A stretch of 64,000 bases of DNA from an uncultured bacterium. Its GTDB lineage: Bacteria > Krumholzibacteriota > Krumholzibacteriia > Krumholzibacteriales > Krumholzibacteriaceae. Positions 30,180 to 40,168 of the stretch are shown in pieces. Under the pieces are notes generated by a model. The model was not told the DNA's origin and did no database searches. It saw nothing but the letters and a program-made list of their open reading frames with translations. Numbering within the stretch: the first letter of the stretch is position 1; every line of letters begins with the position of its first letter. The position numbers and the translations under genes are program-made. The stretch lies in the NCBI GenBank assembly GCA_963813815.1, contig CAWFAD010000009.1, positions 1 through 64,000 of the forward strand, given 5' to 3'.

Positions 30180-31053
30180 GATTGGGGAGTACTTGGAAAG
30201 GCTCAAGGCCGCGCTCCGGGGAGCCGACCCGGCGACGATCCAGGACGCCCTCGCCGACGCCGAAGAGCATCTCACCTTGGCTGCGCAGCGGGAGAGCGCC
30301 GGCGGAGAGGCCCGCTCGTTCGAGGGAATCATCGCGGAATACGGATCGCCCGAGGAAATCGCCTCGGCCTATCGCGAGCTCGAGGCGAAAAGCCCCGTGC
30401 CGTTCCCGGCCATCGCGCCCGCCGCGAACGGCCGCTCCTTCTGGAAGAGGTTTTTCGGCGTCACCGTCGATCTGCGGGCGTACGCCGCGCTCATCTATCT
30501 CTTCGCGTCGATCGCGCTCGGCGTTCTCTACTTCACGATCGCCACGACGGGCGTCAGCCTGTCGCTCGGTCTCATCGTCCTCATCATAGGCGTTCCCTTC
30601 GCCGTCGGATTCCTCACCTCGGTGCGCGGGATAGCCGTCCTCGAGGGGCGCATCGTCGAGGTCCTCCTCGGCGTGCGCATGCCGCGATTGCCGGTATTTC
30701 TGCGGAAGGACCTCAAGTGGCATCAGAGAATCGGAAAGATCTTCTCCGACAGGAGCACGTGGACCGCGCTGCTCTATCTCGTGCTCATGCTCCCCCTCGG
30801 GATCGTCTACTTCACGCTGGCGATCGTGCTGCTGACGATCTCCCTCGCCCTATTCGTTTCGCCATTCTACCTGTACGTGCTGGGGTTCCCGCTCTACGAG
30901 ATGAACCGGTACGCGTACTTCCCTCCGGGATGGATGCTGCCGCTCTTCGTCGCGGCGGGGGCTCTCCTTTTCATCCTGACGCTCCATTTCGCGAAATGGC
31001 TCGGCGGAGTCCACGGCCGGTACGCGAAGGCGATGCTCGTGAAGACGGAATAA
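30169..31053 (+). CDS. Membrane protein with HAAS/DUF1700-like N-terminus and 'putative sensor' TM domain
   Basis: YLERLK.AL...G.PEEIA..Y motif, four TM segments; overlaps the PadR stop. Confidence 0.8.
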   Translation: MNHEIGEYLERLKAALRGADPATIQDALADAEEHLTLAAQRESAGGEARSFEGIIAEYGSPEEIASAYRELEAKSPVPFPAIAPAANGRSFWKRFFGVTVDLRAYAALIYLFASIALGVLYFTIATTGVSLSLGLIVLIIGVPFAVGFLTSVRGIAVLEGRIVEVLLGVRMPRLPVFLRKDLKWHQRIGKIFSDRSTWTALLYLVLMLPLGIVYFTLAIVLLTISLALFVSPFYLYVLGFPLYEMNRYAYFPPGWMLPLFVAAGALLFILTLHFAKWLGGVHGRYAKAMLVKTE

Positions 31054-31340
31054 AGGGCCTCCGCGACCCGCTCCGAATGCGGGCCGATAAATGGCATTCT
31101 GATCTCGGGAAAATGGCATTTTGCCATGGGCGAGGGCGCTCAGGTCCGCGCGCGGGCGGGCCCGGGGCGGCGCCGCCCGCCGCAATCGACGGCGCCTTCG
31201 GGACCCCAAAGACGCAACCCATTGCCAATTAGTCAATTAGAGGCCAAAGCGGCGTCCGAGGGGACGCCGGGAAACGCTCCCCGCCGCGCGGGCCATCGTC
31301 CCGTCCGGCGGGGTCGCGGCCCGGCGTTTCGAACCATTCT

Positions 31341-31355
31341 TGGCACCAGTGTTGC
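31341..31355 (+). promoter_or_regulatory. Sigma54 (-24/-12) promoter of GAF gene 1
   Basis: TGGCAC-CAGTG-TTGC, exact consensus spacing. Confidence 0.8.
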
Positions 31356-31417
31356 GTTCACCGTTCATTGGAGGCAACACGGGCCGCCCACCGGGGCGCG
31401 GCGCCGGTTGAATAACC

Positions 31418-32353
31418 ATGAATGAACCGCTTTCGAGGAACGGGGATTGCATTCCGATGCCGGAAAGTCATGACGCCGAAGGCGTGGATTCCGGCGACGC
31501 TCCGCGGATCTCGCGGAGCCGGCAGCTCTATAGCAGCATCTGGCACAACTGGCTCATGCTCATCTCGGTGATGTGCATCTCGACGTTCGGTCTCGTCGCC
31601 GCGATCCCGCCGCTTCTCGGCGGGCCGGCCGCGACGGAGTGGCCGTGGGCGATGACCGATCGATTCCTGCTCGTCGCGCTCTCTCTCCTCGTGCTGGGGG
31701 CCGCCGCATACCTCACCCGTCATCAGCGGCGCATCATAGAGCTCCACCGCGAGCTCACTATCCTCCGCGAGGATTCGGACAAGCTGATCCGCCAGCATAC
31801 GACGAGGCTCTTCGCGCTCTCGAGCATCAATCGCATGATCAGCGTCGAAACGGACCTCCAGAAGGTCTTCGACCGAATCACCAAGATGTGCGTCGAGAAC
31901 TTCAACTGCCATCGAGCCTCGCTCATGTTGCACGACGCGGACGGCGGCGACCTGATCATCCGATCGGTATGCGGCCAATCGAACGCTGGCATGCTGAACA
32001 CCCGGCAACGAATTGGAGACGGGATCGCCGGATATGCCGCCGAGCGTCGCAAATCGGTGCTCATCTCGAGACCGGCCGATTCGACCCGATACTCCGGCCT
32101 CGAGCTCAAGGACCCCTCCCTCACTTCCGCCATGGTCGTTCCGATCGTCGTTCGGGATGAGCTCGTCGGCGTCATCAATGTCAGCAGCCGTTCGGCCGAT
32201 ACCGTCTACGACGATAACGACCTCCTCATGCTCGAGGCCTTCGCCTCGTGCGCCGGCGCATGCATCCGGCATACGGAGCATGTGAACTGGATGCGGCACA
32301 TGGTGCCGCAGCTCTGCGGCGAGGTGGGCGACGACGCGGCGCGGGAGAGATGA
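31418..32353 (+). CDS. Membrane-anchored GAF domain protein, copy 1
   Basis: Two TM helices, coiled coil, GAF (GDGIAGYAA, SAMVVPI, GVINV); ends shortly after the GAF. Confidence 0.88.
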   Translation: MNEPLSRNGDCIPMPESHDAEGVDSGDAPRISRSRQLYSSIWHNWLMLISVMCISTFGLVAAIPPLLGGPAATEWPWAMTDRFLLVALSLLVLGAAAYLTRHQRRIIELHRELTILREDSDKLIRQHTTRLFALSSINRMISVETDLQKVFDRITKMCVENFNCHRASLMLHDADGGDLIIRSVCGQSNAGMLNTRQRIGDGIAGYAAERRKSVLISRPADSTRYSGLELKDPSLTSAMVVPIVVRDELVGVINVSSRSADTVYDDNDLLMLEAFASCAGACIRHTEHVNWMRHMVPQLCGEVGDDAARER

Positions 32354-33018
32354 TCGCCCGGCCGGCGCCGACGAACCCGTCGATGATCGTTCCGCGAGCA
32401 ACCGTCTCGGGCCCCCCGCGCATGGCGGCATTCCGACCGAAGGCGAATGGCAATTTGCCAGAAAGAACCGCGCGTCGCGACTCGCGGACCGGGCGCAAGG
32501 GTGCTCGGACCGGCGCGATCCAAGAATTCGCGGCGGCCGATAGCGGCGCGCTGTCGTCTCCCGTGGACGACAAACGGCGACACCCCGCGAGACTGCCATG
32601 GAAACCGCGCGCCGAAGCACCGATGCCGCACGGGAAGGCGGGCGACCCATCCGAGCGGATGCACGAGCGATGAAAGAGCCTTCCGTATACGCGGAATCGA
32701 GGATCGTACCGCCGCGGATAGGGGCGCGCCGGGCGCCATTCATGGGTTGATAGACCTGTGTTTCATGCTCGTCCTCGTGTCAACGGCCGCGACGCGAATT
32801 ATTTGACGATATATTGGGCGATTGTTCCCGACTATTCCGCATACGTCCCCCGATTGTAAAGAGCCGGCGACACTCTCGACATACCTGTAAACGAATCCGG
32901 TGCCGAACCGTTGACAAGGGCCCTAAAACAGGGCGGCGGACAGTCAAGAAACGCCGACGCTCCGCGCCGTTTGCGCCTCGCCCCGACCGCGCGGCGGCGC
33001 CGGGCCGCGGGCCGCCTT

Positions 33019-33033
33019 TGGCACCAGTGTTGC
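33019..33033 (+). promoter_or_regulatory. Sigma54 (-24/-12) promoter of GAF gene 2
   Basis: Identical TGGCACCAGTGTTGC element. Confidence 0.8.
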
Positions 33034-33095
33034 GTTTGCCGTCCGTCGGAGGCGACACGGGCCGCCCGCTGCGGCGCGGCAACGGTTGGAGAACG

Positions 33096-34034
33096 ATGAA
33101 CGAGTCGATTTCGAGGGATACGGAACGCACGGCCATGACGCAGGACGATCACGCCGGCGGCGGCGGGGGATGCGGCGACGCGCCGCAGAACGCGCGGAGC
33201 CGTCAGCTCTATCGCAGCATCTGGCACAACTGGCTCATGCTCGCGTCCGTGCTGTGCATATCGACGTTCGGCCTCGCCGCCGCGATCCCGCCTCTCCTCA
33301 GCGGGGAAGGGGTGACGCGGTGGCCGTGGGGGATAACCGATCGAGCGCTGCTCGTGGCGCTCTCGCTCCTCGTCATCGCGGCCGTCGCCTACCTCACCGA
33401 TCAGCAGAGGCGCGTCATCGCGATGCACGGCGAGATCACCATTCTCCGCGAGGAGTCGGACAGGCGGATTCGCCAGCATACGACGAGACTCTTCGCGCTT
33501 TCGAACATCAGCCGCATGATCAGCGTCGAAACGGACCTTCACAATATCTTCGATCGAATCACCCGGATGTGCGTCGAGACCTTCAGCTGCTATCGGGCCT
33601 CGCTCATGCTGTACGACGCCAAACGCGAAGACCTCGCCGTCCGATCGGTGTGCGGGCACTCGGACGCGGGAATACTGAACGCACGGCAGCGGATCGGGGA
33701 GGGGATCGCTGGCTATGCCGCCAAGCGTCGCGAACCGATACTCCTCTCCGGCCCTGCCGATTCGACCCGATACCCCGGTCTCGAGCTCAAGGATCCGTCC
33801 CTGACCTCCGCCATGGTCGTGCCGATCATCGTCCGGGACGAGCTCGTCGGGGTTCTCAACGTGAGCAGCCGCTCTCCGGAGGTCGTCTACGACAAGAACG
33901 ACCTCCTCGCCCTCGAGGGCTTCGCCTCGAGCGCCGGCGCCTGCATCCGGCATACCGAGCACGTGAACTGGATGCGGCACATGGTGCCGCAGCTCTGCGG
34001 CGAGGGGCGAGGCGACCCGGCGCGGACGCGCTGA
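33096..34034 (+). CDS. Membrane-anchored GAF domain protein, copy 2 (tandem paralog)
   Basis: Colinear with copy 1, including an identical GACIRHTEHVNWMRHMVPQLCGE stretch; GGAG RBS. Confidence 0.88.
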   Translation: MNESISRDTERTAMTQDDHAGGGGGCGDAPQNARSRQLYRSIWHNWLMLASVLCISTFGLAAAIPPLLSGEGVTRWPWGITDRALLVALSLLVIAAVAYLTDQQRRVIAMHGEITILREESDRRIRQHTTRLFALSNISRMISVETDLHNIFDRITRMCVETFSCYRASLMLYDAKREDLAVRSVCGHSDAGILNARQRIGEGIAGYAAKRREPILLSGPADSTRYPGLELKDPSLTSAMVVPIIVRDELVGVLNVSSRSPEVVYDKNDLLALEGFASSAGACIRHTEHVNWMRHMVPQLCGEGRGDPARTR

Positions 34035-34302
34035 TCGCCGGGCCCGGCGGCGCGCGCCGGACGAAATTACCGATTACGCGGGAGCATTGGAAACCACACT
34101 CCTCCCTGCCGCCCCCGAACGACGCGGGAAGCGGCAGGGATCTCCCGCTTTTGGCGGCAGGGATTTCCCGCTTTTGACGGCCGCCCGATTTTTCCCCGCA
34201 GCGCCGCGCATTCTCCGTTGACAGCTCGATCGGTTTACCTTTCAATGAAGGCGGGGCAATGGATCATCCCATTCGGCGCGGCCCGCAGGCCGCGAAGGGA
34301 CC

Positions 34303-35112
34303 GTGCGGATCTTCGATTTCGAAAGAATCGCGCGAAGCGACCGCACCGCGGAGCGGTATCTCCTCGACTCAATCGTCAAGACGGGCCCCATCGCCTGTCC
34401 CCAATGCCGGGCGGAGAAGCTGTACGCCATCGAGGGCGGAGCGCGCCGCAGATGCGTCCGTTGCGGACACTCGTTTCATCCATGGAACGGCCGCTGGATC
34501 GGCGAGGTGAAGATCTCCGCGAAAAAATGGCTCTGGATAGTGAAGTTCTTCGAGCTCGAGATGCCCGCATCGAAAATCAGCGCTGAAACCGGCGTCAGCT
34601 ATCCCACCTGCCTCAAGGCTCTCAACGTCGTCAGACGATCTCTCGCCGCTCCCGCCGCGGACGAGGTGCTCGACCGCTCTCCGGCGGCCGGAACCGAGCC
34701 GGTCATCGGCACGCTCGAGACCCGCGACGGCGGCGCCGAGATTTATGGAGCCGTTTCGCCGGAGGCCATCCGGTGCATTCTGCGGATGGCCGGCGGCTAC
34801 CTCGTCGCGGTCGATCGCTCGCTCGCCTACGCGAGCATGCACTACCGCGGGCAGGAGCTCGCGATCGTCGACAAGGGCGATAGATTCCCGTTCTGGCGCG
34901 TGTACTGCTCGGGCAAGCCGGGCGTCTGGCATGCCGCGAAGACCGGCCTCGTCCGGCACCACGGCGTCTCCGGCGCGAAGCTTCCGCTCTACATCCGGGA
35001 GATGGAGTTCCGGTACCTCAACCGCCACCGAGACCTCTTTGACCTCATCGTGGAGCGGATCTGCGGCCCCGCGGCGCCGGCGGACCGGAGTTTGGCTTTG
35101 ATTTCGGTCTGA
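34303..35112 (+). CDS. IS1595/ISXO2-like transposase-derived protein (Zn ribbon + HTH + degenerate DDE domain)
   Basis: CPQC...CVRC Zn ribbon, HTH ASKISAETGVSYPT, C-terminal HGVS..LPLYIREMEFRY.NR. Confidence 0.75.
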   Translation: MRIFDFERIARSDRTAERYLLDSIVKTGPIACPQCRAEKLYAIEGGARRRCVRCGHSFHPWNGRWIGEVKISAKKWLWIVKFFELEMPASKISAETGVSYPTCLKALNVVRRSLAAPAADEVLDRSPAAGTEPVIGTLETRDGGAEIYGAVSPEAIRCILRMAGGYLVAVDRSLAYASMHYRGQELAIVDKGDRFPFWRVYCSGKPGVWHAAKTGLVRHHGVSGAKLPLYIREMEFRYLNRHRDLFDLIVERICGPAAPADRSLALISV

Positions 35113-35136
35113 GGCTCTGCTACGTTCGCGGCGGCG

Positions 35137-36114
35137 ATGAGATTCAAGAAACCCTTCATAGTCCTGAACGCGGCGGCGGGCAGGGGCTCGTCCGGCGAGG
35201 CCCGGGCCGCCCTCGTCCGGCATTTCGCCGCGGCGGGCGGCGATGCGCCAATCCACGAAGCCGCCCATGGCGAGCGGATCGACGAAACCGTCCGCGCGGC
35301 CGTCGCGGGCGGATGCGACGTCGTCGTCGCGGCGGGGGGCGACGGAACCGTCTCGGCCGCCATGACGGGAGTGGCCGGAACCGCGATCCCGCTCGGGATC
35401 GTCCCCACCGGGACCACGAACCTCATCGCCCGCGAGCTCGGCATTCCCCTCGATCCGGCGGCCGCCGCCGCGCTCGCCGCGAGCGGCGACGCGACGCGGA
35501 GCATCGACGGCATGGCGATCGCGGGCCGCCACTATTTCCTGCAGGTGGGGGTGGGACTCACGGCGCTCGCCGTCGACGGAGCGACGCGCGAGCTCAAGAG
35601 CCGCTTCGGCGTCCTCGCCTACGTCGGGACGGCCGCGCGGCGCCTCGTCGGGCTTCGCCCGAGCCGCCTCGAGATCGAGGTGGACGGAGAAACGCATCGC
35701 GTTCACTCGATCGAAGCGACCGTCGCCAACAACGGCATCCTCGCGAGGGCGTTCTTCCGCAAGGGCCCCGACGTCCGCATGGACGACGGACGGCTCGACG
35801 TGTGCGTGCTCGTCACGAGGACGCTGCTCGACTACCCGCGGCTCGCCTTCGACCTCGTCACCGGCCGCCACGGCGCGCCGGGCGTTCTCTTCCTCGCCGC
35901 CGGGCGCAGCGTCGCGATACGGAGCCGGACGCCGCTCGTCGTCCAGGCGGACGGCGACCTCATCGGCACGACGCCGGTCGAGATCGAGGTCGTTCCCCGC
36001 GCCGTCACGGTCATCGCTCCGGAGGCGCTCGAGAGGGCCGCCGAGCGGCCTCTCGCCCGCTCTCTCATTCTCGATCCGTACCTCGCCGATCTCAGGAAGC
36101 AATGGAGCACCTGA
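35137..36114 (+). CDS. Diacylglycerol kinase family lipid kinase (YegS/DAGK)
   Basis: AAGGDGT, PTGTTN, DDGRLD, QADGD motifs. Confidence 0.92.
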   Translation: MRFKKPFIVLNAAAGRGSSGEARAALVRHFAAAGGDAPIHEAAHGERIDETVRAAVAGGCDVVVAAGGDGTVSAAMTGVAGTAIPLGIVPTGTTNLIARELGIPLDPAAAAALAASGDATRSIDGMAIAGRHYFLQVGVGLTALAVDGATRELKSRFGVLAYVGTAARRLVGLRPSRLEIEVDGETHRVHSIEATVANNGILARAFFRKGPDVRMDDGRLDVCVLVTRTLLDYPRLAFDLVTGRHGAPGVLFLAAGRSVAIRSRTPLVVQADGDLIGTTPVEIEVVPRAVTVIAPEALERAAERPLARSLILDPYLADLRKQWST

Positions 36115-36247
36115 CCGGGGGCGAACCTCCCGGAACGCACTGGCGGGTGGCGCTCTCCCGGCCGGTGTGCTATCTTTCTTGCCGCCCGATCCGCGCGGCG
36201 CGCGCCGCGCGGGAAAACCCACCGGCACGACGAGAAAGAGAGAGGTC

Positions 36248-37231
36248 ATGGCTGATCTATCGACGAAATACCTGGGGCTCCGGCTCGCCAACCCCTTCAT
36301 CGTCGCGAGCTGCGGCCACACGAAGACCGTCGAGGGCGTCCAGAAGTGTGCCGAGGGCGGCGCCGGCGCCGTCGTCCTCAAGTCCCTCTTCGAGGAGCAG
36401 ATCCTCGCCGACATGCGCCAGAGCGAAATCCAGAAGGAGCAGCTCTGGCATCCCGAGGCGCTCGATTACGTGCAGCGGATGGGGCTCGAGCTCGGTCCCG
36501 CCGAATACCTTCGGCTCGTGCGGGGCGCCAAGAAGGCCGTATCGATCCCCGTCATCGCGAGCCTCCACTGCGTGACGCCGAATCTCTGGATCGACTACGC
36601 GCGCAAGATCGCCGACGCCGGGGCCGACGCGATCGAGCTCAACATCTCCCTCATGCCGAGCGACCCGAAGCGGACCCCCGCCGACATCGAGAAACGGCAC
36701 CTCGACATCGTCGAGGGGGCCGTTCGCGCGGTCGGGATTCCCGTGGCCGTGAAGATCGGCCCGAGCTTCACGTCGATCGCGTACATGGCGAACGAGATCT
36801 GGAAGCGCGGAGCCTCCTCTCTCGTGCTCTTCAACCGCTTCTACCAGTTCGACGTCGATCTCGAGAAGCTCGAGCTGCGGGGCGCCTACCGCCTCAGCAC
36901 GCCGTTCGAGATCGCCCTGCCGCTGCGATGGATCGCGCTCCTCTCGGGCAGGGTGCAATGCGACCTCTCCGCCTCGACCGGCGTCCATGACGCCTCCGGG
37001 GCGATCAAGATGCTGCTCGCGGGAGCGACCACCGTTCAGCTCTGCTCGACCCTCTACCTCAAGGGCCTCGGACAGATCGCCGTCATCCGGGACGGAGTCT
37101 CTATGTGGATGGACGCCCACGGCATGAAATCGCTCGACGGCATGCGGGGGAGCATGAGCCAGATGCGGAGCGGCGCCCCGGAGCTCTACGAACGCCTCCA
37201 GTACATCAAGGCGCTCGTCGGAATCGACTAG
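36248..37231 (+). CDS. Dihydroorotate dehydrogenase-like protein
   Basis: YLGL.L.NP, VVLKSLFEEQI, AIELN, VAVK, LFNRF, LLAGA..VQ.CS. Confidence 0.88.
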   Translation: MADLSTKYLGLRLANPFIVASCGHTKTVEGVQKCAEGGAGAVVLKSLFEEQILADMRQSEIQKEQLWHPEALDYVQRMGLELGPAEYLRLVRGAKKAVSIPVIASLHCVTPNLWIDYARKIADAGADAIELNISLMPSDPKRTPADIEKRHLDIVEGAVRAVGIPVAVKIGPSFTSIAYMANEIWKRGASSLVLFNRFYQFDVDLEKLELRGAYRLSTPFEIALPLRWIALLSGRVQCDLSASTGVHDASGAIKMLLAGATTVQLCSTLYLKGLGQIAVIRDGVSMWMDAHGMKSLDGMRGSMSQMRSGAPELYERLQYIKALVGID

Positions 37232-37267
37232 AGGACCGGACACCCGAACCGAGGAGGATCGCGGATC

Positions 37268-39367
37268 ATGAAATGCCTGTCCGTGCTCGCCCTGTTGCTC
37301 TGTCTCGCGGTTTCGGCCGCGCGGACGGAAACGAACCCCCTGATCGAGGAATGGAAGACCCCCTTCGGCGCGCCGCCCTTCGATCGAATCCAGAACGCGC
37401 ACTACGCGCCGGCCGTCCGAGAGGCGATGCGCCGGCAGCGGGAGGCGATCGCCGTCATCGCGGCCGATCCGGCGGCGCCGACCTTCGTCAATACGATCGC
37501 GGCTCTCGAGCGGAGCGGCGAGCTCCTCGCCCGAGTCGGCAACGTCTTCCGTTCGATGATCTCGGCGAACACGAGCGACGAGATACAAGGGATCGCGCGC
37601 GAGCTCGCCCCCGAGCAATCCGCGCACGCTGACGCGATCCTCTTCGATGCGGGGCTCTTCGCGAGGATCAAGGTCGTCTACGACTCGCGGGACGGGCTCT
37701 CCCTCTCGCCCGAAGAGCGGCGACTCCTCGACCTGACGTACCGCACGTTCGTCCGGGGCGGCGCCCTTCTCGACGAAACGAAGAAAAAACGGCTCGCCGG
37801 GATCAACGAGGAGCTCTCGCTCCTCGGCCTCCGCTTCGCGGAGAACCTGCTCGAGGAAACGAACAAGTTCGAGCTCGTCATCGATTCGAAGAGCGATCTC
37901 GCGGGCCTTCCCCCCTCCGCGGTGGAGGCGGCGGCGGAGGCGGCCGCGCGGCGCGGCCGCCCCGGGGCGTGGATCTTCACCCTCCACAAGCCGAGCCTCG
38001 TGCCCTTCCTCCAGTACGCCGAGCGGCGCGATCTGCGGGAGAGGATATTCAAGGGATACGTCGGGCGGGGCGACAACGGCGGCGAGCTCGACAACAACGC
38101 CCTGTGCTCCCGCATCGCCGCGCTGCGGGCCGAGCGCGCGAAGCTGCTGGGGTACGAGACGCACGCGCATTACGTACTCGAGGAGAACATGGCGAAGGAG
38201 CCGAAGCGCGTGTACGAGTTCCTCGACCAGCTCTGGACCCCCGCCCTCGCCCGCGCGAAGGACGAAACGAGAGCGCTCCAGGCCATCATCGACAAGGAAG
38301 GGGGCGCGTTCAAGCTCGAGCCGTGGGACTGGTGGTACTACGCCGAGAAGCTCCGCAAGGCCGAGTACGAGCTCGACGACGAGATGCTCCGCCCGTACTT
38401 TCAGCTCGAGAACGTCATCGCGGGCGCCTTCGGCGTCGCGACGAAGCTCTGGGGAATCACCCTGAGCGAGCTCTCCGGCATGCCCGTCTACAACGACGAG
38501 GTCCGGGTCTACGAGGTCAAGGAAGCGGACGGAAGCCATATCGGAGTCCTCTACACCGATTACTTCCCTCGCGAGAACAAGCGGGGCGGGGCCTGGTGCG
38601 GCGAGTTCCGCGGCGGGTCCGCGATGGACGGCGTCCCCGTGACCCCGATCATCACGAACTGCGGGAACTTCACCCGCCCGTCGGGAGAAACCCCCTCGCT
38701 CCTCAACTTCGACGAGGTCACGACGCTCTTCCACGAGTTCGGCCACGCCCTGCACGGGCTCTTGACCGAATGCGTCTATCCGACCCTCGCGGGAACGGCG
38801 GTCGCGACTGATTTCGTCGAGCTTCCCTCGCAGATCATGGAGAACTGGGCGCTCCAACCCGAGGTGCTGCGCTCGTACGCCCGGCACTACGAAACGGGCG
38901 AGACGATCCCGCCGGCGCTCGTCGACAGGATCAAGAAATCGGGCTTCTTCAATCAGGGATTCGCCACGGTCGAGTACCTCGCGGCGTCCTACCTCGACAT
39001 GGACTGGCACACGCTCGGCGAGCCGAAGGAGCGCGACGCGGCGGCGTTCGAAGCGGCCTCGCTCGGACGGATCGGCCTCATCCCCGAGATCGTGACGCGG
39101 TACCGGAGCCCCTATTTCAACCACGTTTTCGGCGGGGGCGGGGGATACGCGGCGGGCTACTACAGCTACATCTGGGCCGAAGTCCTCGACGCCGACGCCT
39201 TTCAGGCGTTCGAGGAGACGAGCCTCTTCGACCGCGCCGCCGCGGAGTCGTTCCGGAAGAACATTCTCGCGATGGGCGGGGCGGCCGATCCGATGGAGCT
39301 CTACAAGCGATTCCGCGGCCGCGAGCCGAGGATCGAGCCGATTCTCGAGCGGCGGGGCCTGAAATAG
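37268..39367 (+). CDS. dcp: M3 family metallopeptidase (peptidyl-dipeptidase Dcp-like), secreted
   Basis: FHEFGHALH, DFVELPSQ, YAAGYYSY.WA; signal peptide. Confidence 0.92.
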   Translation: MKCLSVLALLLCLAVSAARTETNPLIEEWKTPFGAPPFDRIQNAHYAPAVREAMRRQREAIAVIAADPAAPTFVNTIAALERSGELLARVGNVFRSMISANTSDEIQGIARELAPEQSAHADAILFDAGLFARIKVVYDSRDGLSLSPEERRLLDLTYRTFVRGGALLDETKKKRLAGINEELSLLGLRFAENLLEETNKFELVIDSKSDLAGLPPSAVEAAAEAAARRGRPGAWIFTLHKPSLVPFLQYAERRDLRERIFKGYVGRGDNGGELDNNALCSRIAALRAERAKLLGYETHAHYVLEENMAKEPKRVYEFLDQLWTPALARAKDETRALQAIIDKEGGAFKLEPWDWWYYAEKLRKAEYELDDEMLRPYFQLENVIAGAFGVATKLWGITLSELSGMPVYNDEVRVYEVKEADGSHIGVLYTDYFPRENKRGGAWCGEFRGGSAMDGVPVTPIITNCGNFTRPSGETPSLLNFDEVTTLFHEFGHALHGLLTECVYPTLAGTAVATDFVELPSQIMENWALQPEVLRSYARHYETGETIPPALVDRIKKSGFFNQGFATVEYLAASYLDMDWHTLGEPKERDAAAFEAASLGRIGLIPEIVTRYRSPYFNHVFGGGGGYAAGYYSYIWAEVLDADAFQAFEETSLFDRAAAESFRKNILAMGGAADPMELYKRFRGREPRIEPILERRGLK

Positions 39368-39402
39368 GGAGCGGCCGGCGGCCCGAGCCCGGAGGAAACG
39401 CG

Positions 39403-40089
39403 ATGATATCGTGGATACCGTTCGGCTGTTTGCCGTTCGTCGTTCTCATCGGTCTCGTCGTTCTCTTTCCGATCATGCTCGCCGATCTCATGGCGACCGC
39501 TCTCGGAAAGCTCGGGCTCGGCGCCGCCCAATCGCTCCTCGTCATGCTGGCGATGCTCGCCGGCGGGCTCGTGAACATTCCCGTGCGGAAGATTCCGCGC
39601 GTGCTCTCGGTCGACGCCAAACCGCCCGGGCTCTACGGGTTCGAGCGTCTCTTTCCGGGCCTTTTCCGCGAGAGCCCCTACACGGTCATCGCGGTGAACG
39701 TCGGCGGCTGCGTCATCCCCTGCGCGATCGTGGCGTACGAGCTCGTCCGCATCGCCTCGCGAGGTCCGGCCGCGCTCTGGCTCACGCTGCTCGCGGTCCT
39801 CATCAACGCGGCCGTCTGTTTCCGGCTCGCCCGCCCCGTGCCGAACGTCGGCATAGCTCTTCCCGCGATCATTCCGGCGCTCGTGTCGGCGGCGAGCGCG
39901 TACCTCCTCGTGCGGGATTTCGCCCCTCCCGTCGCGTTCACGGCGGGGGTGCTCGGGACGCTCATCGGCGCCGACATCCTGCATCTGCGCTCCATCGGCA
40001 GGATCAGCACGGGAATGGCGAGCATCGGGGGCGCCGGCACCTTCGACGGCATCGTGCTCTCGGGGCTCGCCGCCACGCTCCTCTCCTGA
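39403..40089 (+). CDS. DUF1614 family membrane protein
   Basis: IAVNVGGCVIP, GTLIGADI, SIGGAGTFDGI motifs. Confidence 0.88.
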   Translation: MISWIPFGCLPFVVLIGLVVLFPIMLADLMATALGKLGLGAAQSLLVMLAMLAGGLVNIPVRKIPRVLSVDAKPPGLYGFERLFPGLFRESPYTVIAVNVGGCVIPCAIVAYELVRIASRGPAALWLTLLAVLINAAVCFRLARPVPNVGIALPAIIPALVSAASAYLLVRDFAPPVAFTAGVLGTLIGADILHLRSIGRISTGMASIGGAGTFDGIVLSGLAATLLS

Positions 40090-40140
40090 AAAAAAAGACC
40101 CGGCTGCCGGATCCGCCGCGGATTCGACAGCCGGGGTCTC
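40088..40140 (-). terminator. Hairpin between convergent genes, T-tract on the minus strand
   Basis: AGACCCGGCTG...CAGCCGGGGTCT flanked by an A-run. Confidence 0.6.
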
Positions 40141-40168
40141 CTGGGAGCCGAGTCGTCCGGGATTCGCT

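Noticed and set aside
32360..33000. Several overlapping ORFs between the two GAF genes
   Set aside because: No convincing RBS, motif or codon pattern; better explained as regulatory DNA, though a small gene cannot be excluded
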